A DNA stretch of 64,000 nt. It comes from Trueperaceae bacterium. Lineage in GTDB: Bacteria; Deinococcota; Deinococci; Deinococcales; Trueperaceae. Location of the stretch: NCBI GenBank assembly GCA_965213705.1, contig OZ243913.1, positions 2,976,001 to 3,040,000 of the forward strand, written 5' to 3'. This document shows positions 57,880 through 64,000 of the stretch, one piece after another. The notes beneath the pieces are model-generated. The model did not search any database and was not told the origin of the DNA. It saw only the letters and a program-made list of their open reading frames with translations. The position numbers and the translations under genes were made by a program. Position 1 is the first letter of the stretch; every line of letters starts with the position of its first letter.

Positions 57880-58227
57880 CTAAGTACCGCCCTCGTATTC
57901 CCGCAGTGCGGCGTTGCTTGGCACCCGCCCACGGGCGTACACCTCGCGCAGAAAGGTGATGAAAGGGTCGGTCAGCCCCGCCTGCTCGCAGGTCCAGACG
58001 AGGTCCAAGTCGTCGCTGACGGCCTCGGTGAGTTCGTGCTGGGCGGTCAGGTTGGACAGGGCGACAAAGTTCGCCTGTTGCTCGGGATGCGGCGTCAGGG
58101 GCGCGACCTGGTCGTAAAGCCCCAACCACCGTGCCTCGAAGGGCGGGGCGTCGCGGTCGTCCAACAGGGCGTCGTACTGGTCGTCGGAAAGGGTGCTCAA
58201 GTGCTCGAGGAGTGGCTGAAGGTTCAC
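57880..58227 (-). CDS. Small acidic hypothetical protein, putative immunity-type
   Basis: LD.RD..PF...W, VSDD..L, Y..G..P pattern; AAGGA RBS. Confidence 0.55.
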   Translation of the reverse strand: MNLQPLLEHLSTLSDDQYDALLDDRDAPPFEARWLGLYDQVAPLTPHPEQQANFVALSNLTAQHELTEAVSDDLDLVWTCEQAGLTDPFITFLREVYARGRVPSNAALREYEGGT

Positions 58228-58305
58228 AAGAAGTCCTTCGCTGGTCGGGTCGCACGCTCGACCTAGTGCGAGTCGCGTCCCGGACCGTGGTATCGGTTTA
58301 GCGAA

Positions 58306-58347
58306 AGCAAACGAAAGACGGTCCCTACGTTCCGTCTTTCGTCTGCT
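58306..58347. terminator. Hairpin closing the act operon
   Basis: AGCAAACGAAAGACGG and CCGTCTTTCGTCTGCT, 15 of 16 positions complementary, about 23 nt after the actG-like stop. Confidence 0.65.
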
Positions 58348-58370
58348 CGGCGTTTGTTTTACGAACGTTC

Positions 58371-58823
58371 CTACTGTCCCGCGGCACCTTCGACCGTGAA
58401 CGGGTCCACCACACCGCGTTCGGCGACGAGTTCCATCGCCTGCTCGATGGGAAGGGTCAACGTGCCGTCGGCGTTGACAGCGCCCCCGGCAAGTTGTTCG
58501 GTCGCTTCGGTGAGGGTGGCTAGGTACTGGGCGCGGTTGGGCTCCAGGTACTTCCCTTGCGGCCGCGCCGAGGCGAGGAGCAAGATTCCGACGATGGTCG
58601 CTACCATCAACACGCCGCTGCCGACGAACATAAGACGCGTTTGCGCCTCGCTGAAGATGTACCGGCGCGTGTTTTCGGGTTGGTCGGGCGTCCGTGGCCC
58701 GGACGCCCGTTTGGACGTCGTCTTGTCAGACATTGCTTTGTTAGACGCGGCTTTGTCAGGCACAGTTTTATCAAACGCGGTTTTATCAGACGTGGTTTTG
58801 TCAGACGCGGTTCTATCAGACAT
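58371..58823 (-). CDS. actG: Alternative complex III subunit G-like protein with N-terminal pentapeptide repeats
   Basis: Single TM segment, LPIEQAM..V..RG motif, start overlaps the actF stop. Confidence 0.62.
   Translation of the reverse strand: MSDRTASDKTTSDKTAFDKTVPDKAASNKAMSDKTTSKRASGPRTPDQPENTRRYIFSEAQTRLMFVGSGVLMVATIVGILLLASARPQGKYLEPNRAQYLATLTEATEQLAGGAVNADGTLTLPIEQAMELVAERGVVDPFTVEGAAGQ
58711..58823. repeat. 15-bp tandem array (about 7.5 copies) encoding SDKTT-like pentapeptides
   Basis: Units at 58711, 58726, 58741, 58756, 58771, 58786, 58801 and partial 58816. Confidence 0.88.
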
Positions 58824-60075
58824 GGTCGGCTCCGGCTAAACGAGGTGGGTGGCCCGGTTCGCGGGCGTGGTCGTCGTGATGGGCGGGCTCGAGCAGGCGT
58901 GGGTCGTGTAAGGGCAAAACCGGACGCGAGCCCAGTAGCAGCGTGAACACGCCCAGCCAAAGACCGCCCAGACCGACAATCAGCAGCACGTCGAGGGGGT
59001 GTAGCGGAAAGCCTTCACGCCCGTAGTTCGGAATCACCATGTAGAACACGTCGAGCAGGCGGATAAAAATCGCCCAGACCGCAACCGTGACGAGCGCCCG
59101 CCGTTTGCGCTTGACCCAGCGGGAAAAGAGCACCGTAAAGGGGGCGGCAAAACCGAAGAAGATGAGGAACAAACCCACCACCCGCCACGTCGGGCTGAAG
59201 CGCAGCACGTAGTAGGGATTTGTCTCGACGATGTTGTTCGACCACAGGATGATGAGTTGGGCAAAGCTCGTGTAGGCCCAAAACATCGTAAAAGCCATCA
59301 AGAAGTTGCCCAGGTCTTGCAAGCGCTTGGGCGTCAGCAGCTCGTTTACCTTGGGGTGAATCGCCGCGAGCCCGACCATCACGAAGATGACGAAGCACAC
59401 CGCGCTGATGGCCTGGCCTATCATGTAGATGACGCTGTAGATGCCGGAGAAAAACTCCGGGGTGAGCGACATCGACCAGTCGACCATCGCAAAGGTCATG
59501 GTAACGACGTAGATGATAATCCAAGCTGCACCCGCGCCCTTGAGCTTGAAGCCGATGCGCATACTGGCGGCCTCGTCTTTGTCCTGACGCTGTGAAGCGC
59601 GGAAAAAGTACCAAGCGCCGTACGTCCAAACGAGAAAGTAGAGCGCGGAACGAACGATGAAAAAGGGCACGTTGAGGTAAGCCGTCTTGGCGGCCACCGT
59701 CGGGTGCGACGCGACGTAGTCGGCGTGGGTCCACTCGTACAAGTGGCCGAGCCCGAACAGCAACGGGATAAAAAGTAGCGCCATCAGCGGCGTCACCATC
59801 GCGCCGGCCTCGAGCGGCCGGCGAATCAGCGCGCCCCAGGAACCGCCCGCCAGGTGCTGCACCGACACCATAACTAGGCAACCGAGCGCCAAACCCGTCC
59901 AGAAGATAAACGCGTACAGGTAAGACTCGAAAAACACCTCCGCGCCGCTCAGAAAGCCGACGACGGCGGCGAGTACCAGGCCGACGCCGCCGACGACAAA
60001 CGCGGTGAGCCGCAAGCGGGGCAAGCGCCTCGACACGGCTTCGTTCATTTGGGCGTCACTTGCAGCCCCGGTCAC
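58816..60075 (-). CDS. actF: Alternative complex III subunit F
   Basis: About 10 TM segments; QHL.GG.W, K..YLN.PFF..R, DW.MSL.P, DLG.F..AF..FW.Y. Confidence 0.9.
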   Translation of the reverse strand: MTGAASDAQMNEAVSRRLPRLRLTAFVVGGVGLVLAAVVGFLSGAEVFFESYLYAFIFWTGLALGCLVMVSVQHLAGGSWGALIRRPLEAGAMVTPLMALLFIPLLFGLGHLYEWTHADYVASHPTVAAKTAYLNVPFFIVRSALYFLVWTYGAWYFFRASQRQDKDEAASMRIGFKLKGAGAAWIIIYVVTMTFAMVDWSMSLTPEFFSGIYSVIYMIGQAISAVCFVIFVMVGLAAIHPKVNELLTPKRLQDLGNFLMAFTMFWAYTSFAQLIILWSNNIVETNPYYVLRFSPTWRVVGLFLIFFGFAAPFTVLFSRWVKRKRRALVTVAVWAIFIRLLDVFYMVIPNYGREGFPLHPLDVLLIVGLGGLWLGVFTLLLGSRPVLPLHDPRLLEPAHHDDHAREPGHPPRLAGADHV

Positions 60076-60650
60076 CGGGTCGCCTCCTGCGAAAGCGTTT
60101 GCGCCTCGTTCACGTCGGTTTGCGAGGCGTACTGGCTGAGTTGCAGCGCCTTGATGTAGGCCGAAATGGCCCAGCGGTCTTCGGGCGGCACGCGTGAAGC
60201 GTACGAGTACATACGGCCGAAACCGTTGGTGATGGCGTTGTAGTAGTAGCCGACCGGCGCGGCGCGCAAGCGCTCGGCGTGAAACGAGGTCGGCTGCACC
60301 ATGCCCTTTTGGACGATGACGCCGAGACCGTTGCCGCTGAAGTTGTGACAGGGCGAGCAGTAGATGTTGTAGCGCTCCTGCCCACGTTCCAAAACTGCAA
60401 GCGTGACCGGAAAAGGCAGGTCGGTCGCCAAACCGCCGTCGACAAGGCCGGTGTAGTACGACTCGGTGACGGGGCCGCGGTTGCGCGACACGGTGCCTTC
60501 AGGAAGCAAACGCATCGACGGCAGTTCGCGGTTGTAGGGCGCGACCTCCAAGACCTCGGCCTTGGGTTGGTCGTACATGTTCAAACCGCACGAACTCAAG
60601 GCGAGGGCCAGGGCCGTCAACAAGGCGCCGCGGAACACGTTCACGGTCAC
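60072..60650 (-). CDS. actE: Alternative complex III subunit E, monoheme cytochrome c lipoprotein
   Basis: Lipobox LSSC, M.DQPK, CSPCH heme motif, G.G.M.SY, DRWA; GTG start overlaps the actD stop. Confidence 0.9.
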   Translation of the reverse strand: MTVNVFRGALLTALALALSSCGLNMYDQPKAEVLEVAPYNRELPSMRLLPEGTVSRNRGPVTESYYTGLVDGGLATDLPFPVTLAVLERGQERYNIYCSPCHNFSGNGLGVIVQKGMVQPTSFHAERLRAAPVGYYYNAITNGFGRMYSYASRVPPEDRWAISAYIKALQLSQYASQTDVNEAQTLSQEATR

Positions 60651-61204
60651 CTTTCCACCTCCGAAACGCGCACCGGGTCCAGGCTTTCCAACAGCGCGCG
60701 CGTCTCGCCCAGGTCGAACTTGGGGTCCCCGGCCTCGACGCACAAAAAAAACTTGTCGCGCGTGGCTCCTTCAAAACCCGGCGTGTTGAATATAGAGTGG
60801 TAAGGCCGCGGGAGACCGTTGCGGCCCAGCATAAAAAGCCCGGCCGTGAACGCCGAAAACAGCACGGTCATCTCGAAAGTGATGACGATGAAGTTGGGCC
60901 AACTGTTGAGCGGCTTGCCGCCGATAATCAAAGGGTAATACGACGCGTTGGCGTAAAGCTGCATAAAAAAGCCGATAAGGCCGCCGGTCAGACCCATGCA
61001 GAGCACCACCCAGCCGAGCCGTGTCGGCTGCATCCCCAGGGCGTCGTCTAGGTCTTCGACCGCAAAGGGCGTGAAAGCGTCCATACGCGTGTACCCGGCC
61101 GCACTCGCGCGTTTGGCGGCTGCCAAAATGCTGTCGGAGTCGTCGAATTCAGCGACGAGCCCGTAAAGCTCGGTGTGGTCGGCTTGTAACACGGCGTCAC
61201 TCAT
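60647..61204 (-). CDS. actD: Alternative complex III subunit D (DUF3341)
   Basis: AEF, DAFTPF, YPL.IGGKP..SWP.F..ITFE.TVL. Confidence 0.9.
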   Translation of the reverse strand: MSDAVLQADHTELYGLVAEFDDSDSILAAAKRASAAGYTRMDAFTPFAVEDLDDALGMQPTRLGWVVLCMGLTGGLIGFFMQLYANASYYPLIIGGKPLNSWPNFIVITFEMTVLFSAFTAGLFMLGRNGLPRPYHSIFNTPGFEGATRDKFFLCVEAGDPKFDLGETRALLESLDPVRVSEVER

Positions 61205-62643
61205 ACCTGAACCCCCTTCTCACGGAACGCTTCGTTCCTCGCTTCTTCGAAGTAATCGCTGCCGTGGTGCGCGTCGTGGTGCGCGAGTTCTTTGACCTCG
61301 GTCGAAGCGATGGACGGTAGCAAGCGGATAAACAAAAACCACAGCGTAAAAAACAAACCGAACGAGCCCAAGTAAAGCGCGTAGTCCCAAAACGTCGCCG
61401 CGTAGTCGTGCCAAGCCGAGGGCATAAAGTCTTTGGTGAGCGAAATGACGACGATGACGAAGCGCTCCAACCACATCCCTACCGACACGATGATCGAAAT
61501 AACAAAAAGCAGCAGCGGGTTTTGGCGCACTTTTTTAAACCACAAGGGTTGAATGGCAATGCCGTTGCAGGCGATGAGGAGCCAGAACGCCCAGGCGTGG
61601 TCCTCGCCGAACACGCGGTTGTAGGCCATGTAGCGCTCGAATTCGACCCCGGAATACCAGGCCATAAAGAGTTCGTTTAAGTAACCGTAAACAACAATCA
61701 TGCCGGTCGCCAACATCAGCTTCGACGAGTTGTCCAAGTGACGCTTGGTGATAAGGGCTTCCAACCCGAAAGCGCGCCGCAGCGGAATGGCGAGAATCAG
61801 CACCATCGCAAACCCCGCGAACACGGCTCCGGCGACGAAGTAGGGCGGCACGATGGTGTTGTTCCACCCCGGCACCTGCGCCACCGCGAAGTCCATACCG
61901 ATGGTCGAGTGAACTGACAAAACGAGCGGGAACGACAGCGCGGCCAAGATGAGGTAGGCTCGCTGGTAGCGTTGCCAGGCCTTGGCGGAGCCGTTCCAGC
62001 CGAGGCTCAACAGCGCGTAGAACCAGCGCATAAAGGTGTTGCGCGCGCGGTCGCGGAGCGTGGCGAAGTCCGGAATGAGGCCGATAAACCAGAACAAAAT
62101 CGACACGGTCGCGTAGGTGGAAATGGCGAACAAATCCCAGTCGAGCGGGCTGCGGAACTGCGGCCACAGCCCAAAGGTGTTGGGGTAAGGCAGCAGCCAG
62201 TAAAATACCCACTGCCGTCCCAGGTGCAAAATGGGATACAGACCCGCGCACACGACCGCAAATATCGTCATGGCCTCGGCCGCCCGGTTGATTGAAGTGC
62301 GCCAGGGTTGCCTAAAGAGCAGCAGCGCCGCCGAAATGAGGGTGCCTGCGTGCCCAATCCCAATCCACCACACGAAGTTGATAATCGGGAAAGCCCAGGC
62401 GACGGGTTGGTTGTTGCCGAAAATGCCCACGCCCGTGGTGATGAGCATGACGACGCTCACTAAGTAAAGGGTCAGGAGCGCGCCCGACATGCTGAAACCC
62501 AGCCACCACCACAGGGGCGTGCGTAGCGGGTGTTCTTCGACGGGGACGTTGATGGCGTCGTCGATGTTGCCGTAGGTCTGGCCGCGCGCGATGACGCGGT
62601 TTGTTTCGGGGCGTCCGCCCCCGGGTCGCCGAATGACCGCCAT
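61201..62643 (-). CDS. actC: Alternative complex III subunit C (NrfD-like quinol-binding subunit)
   Basis: NFVWWIGIGHAGTLISA, HLGR.W, FRSPL.WD.FA, SVH, PYFVAGA, GMWLERF. Confidence 0.93.
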   Translation of the reverse strand: MAVIRRPGGGRPETNRVIARGQTYGNIDDAINVPVEEHPLRTPLWWWLGFSMSGALLTLYLVSVVMLITTGVGIFGNNQPVAWAFPIINFVWWIGIGHAGTLISAALLLFRQPWRTSINRAAEAMTIFAVVCAGLYPILHLGRQWVFYWLLPYPNTFGLWPQFRSPLDWDLFAISTYATVSILFWFIGLIPDFATLRDRARNTFMRWFYALLSLGWNGSAKAWQRYQRAYLILAALSFPLVLSVHSTIGMDFAVAQVPGWNNTIVPPYFVAGAVFAGFAMVLILAIPLRRAFGLEALITKRHLDNSSKLMLATGMIVVYGYLNELFMAWYSGVEFERYMAYNRVFGEDHAWAFWLLIACNGIAIQPLWFKKVRQNPLLLFVISIIVSVGMWLERFVIVVISLTKDFMPSAWHDYAATFWDYALYLGSFGLFFTLWFLFIRLLPSIASTEVKELAHHDAHHGSDYFEEARNEAFREKGVQV

Positions 62644-64000
62644 CAGATTGCCCCCTCTTCTGTCAAGGCCGGGTTGGGATTGGTGAGTTTAGCCAAGTAG
62701 GTCGTGCGCGGCACGGTGTTGAGTTCGGAGAGCAGCGAGAAGTTGAGGGGCGACGCCTTGAAACGTGTCACGAGACTGTTCTTGTCGCCGATGTCGCCGA
62801 AAACGATGGCTTCCGACGGGCAAGCCGACTGACACGCCGTGAAAACCTCACCGTCGCGAATACGGCGGTTCTCGTTTTCAGAGACGATGTAAGCCTGTTG
62901 AATACGCTGGGTGCAGTAGGTGCATTTTTCCATGACGCCCCGTGAGCGTACCGTCACGTCCGGGTTCATGACGAGCGACAGTTCGGTCGCGCGGCTTTCC
63001 AACTCGGCGTATTGGAGGTAGTTGAAACGGCGCACCTTGTAAGGGCAGTTGTTCGAGCAGTAGCGCGTGCCGCCGCAACGGTTGTAAACCATCACGTTCA
63101 AACCCTCGTTGTCGTGGACGGTCGCGCCGAAGGGGCACACGGGTTCGCAGGGCGCTTTTTCACAGTGCATACAAGCGACCGGTTGGATGTAATAGTCCGG
63201 ATTGTCCAGGTCACCGCCGTAATAAGTGTCGACGCGAATCCAGTGCATCGCCCGCCCGACCTCGACCTGGTCTTTGCCGACGATGGGGATGTTGTTTTCG
63301 GCTTGGCAAGCGGTCACGCAGGCGTTGCAGCCCGTACAGACGTTCATGTCAATGACCATGCCCCAGGCGTAGGTGTCGTACTCGAAGTCGGGATAGAGGT
63401 CGCTCTCGGCGTGCTCGACCGGGTGGACGAACTCGGGGTGTTCGGGGTGGTGACGGAACTCTTCTAGTGTCCCGTGCCGAACCAGGTGGCGGCGTTCGGT
63501 GGTACCGTCGTAGAGAAAATACTGCTGTGTGGTCACCAGCTTGTGGCGACCCGGCACCTTAGTCACCGCGACGTTGCCGACCCAAGGCGTGTCCGAGGTG
63601 CGCAACCGGTAAGCGTCGAAACCGACGCCGGTACCGACCTGCCCGGCAAGCTCGCGGCCAAAGCCCAAGTGAACCGTCACCGTGTTCGCAGCTTGACCGG
63701 GCAACACCCAGACCGGCGCCGTCACTTCACGCTCGCCGACGCGCAAGCTCACCAAGTTGTTGTTGGTCACGTCGAGCGCTTCGGCGGTCGCCGGCGACAA
63801 AAAGGCCGCGTTGTCCCAGGTGATTTTGGTCAGCGGCTTGGGCAGTTCTTGGAGCCAGCCGTTGTTGGCGTAGCGGCCGTCCAAGATGCTGGGGTCCAGC
63901 TGAAAGACAAGCTCGAGGCCCTCGGGGTCAGCCGTCTCCGTCGCTGCCGCCGGCAACAAGGCCAGCGTCACGTCGGCCGGGGCGGCTTCGCTGCCCGCGA
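62643..64000 (-). CDS. actB: Alternative complex III subunit B (Fe-S), 5' part outside the window
   Basis: NNGWLQELP.P.TK.TWDN; CTGCNAC..AC, CMHC...PC..VCP, C.GTRYCSNNCP, KCTYC...ACQ.ACP; frame stays open to the window edge. Confidence 0.93.
   Translation of the reverse strand, partial: AGSEAAPADVTLALLPAAATETADPEGLELVFQLDPSILDGRYANNGWLQELPKPLTKITWDNAAFLSPATAEALDVTNNNLVSLRVGEREVTAPVWVLPGQAANTVTVHLGFGRELAGQVGTGVGFDAYRLRTSDTPWVGNVAVTKVPGRHKLVTTQQYFLYDGTTERRHLVRHGTLEEFRHHPEHPEFVHPVEHAESDLYPDFEYDTYAWGMVIDMNVCTGCNACVTACQAENNIPIVGKDQVEVGRAMHWIRVDTYYGGDLDNPDYYIQPVACMHCEKAPCEPVCPFGATVHDNEGLNVMVYNRCGGTRYCSNNCPYKVRRFNYLQYAELESRATELSLVMNPDVTVRSRGVMEKCTYCTQRIQQAYIVSENENRRIRDGEVFTACQSACPSEAIVFGDIGDKNSLVTRFKASPLNFSLLSELNTVPRTTYLAKLTNPNPALTEEGAI

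Noticed and set aside
55594..58227. Integron cassette array or prophage remnant
   Set aside because: Mixed gene orientation, no attC-like repeats between genes, and no integrase or phage genes.
7157..58823. Tandem arrays as CRISPR arrays
   Set aside because: Units are 14-16 bp, contiguous and lack unique spacers; no cas genes in the window.
121..63467. Many long antisense or alternate-frame ORFs (e.g. 121-1029, 30774-31910, 42586-43698, 53335-54570)
   Set aside because: Shadow ORFs typical of high-GC coding DNA, overlapping well-supported genes and without motifs.

Overview
High-GC chromosomal window, most likely from a Deinococcota (Trueperaceae-like) bacterium. This assignment is inferred from phylum-typical small proteins, an SLH/beta-barrel envelope protein and many -10 boxes sitting directly before start codons. 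Most of the window is housekeeping: prfB with a programmed +1 frameshift, folPBK-cdaA-cdaR-def-fmt-der, htrA, a DUF368 protein, an rlmI-like methyltransferase, hemL-mnmE, truA, moaC, asp23-fakA, pyrF, luxS, an OmpR-type two-component pair, hemE/hemF, a pullulanase and the distal part of an alternative complex III operon (actB partial, actC-G). Accessory elements are two tandem lipoprotein subtilases, two Uma2 nucleases and a vapBC module wedged between hemE and hemF. The two most interesting loci are (1) a lone PemK/MazF-family toxin with no protein antitoxin, faced by a near-consensus convergent promoter predicted to make a ~50-nt structured RNA (candidate RNA antitoxin), and (2) a toxin-less cluster of five small acidic immunity-like genes including cbrC. 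Window-wide signals are strong CTCGAG enrichment, strong GATC depletion and many unrelated 14-16 bp degenerate tandem arrays. No rRNA, tRNA, CRISPR array, transposase or integrase was recognised. All family names come from motif recognition and memory, not database searches; several start codons were moved relative to the ORF track.
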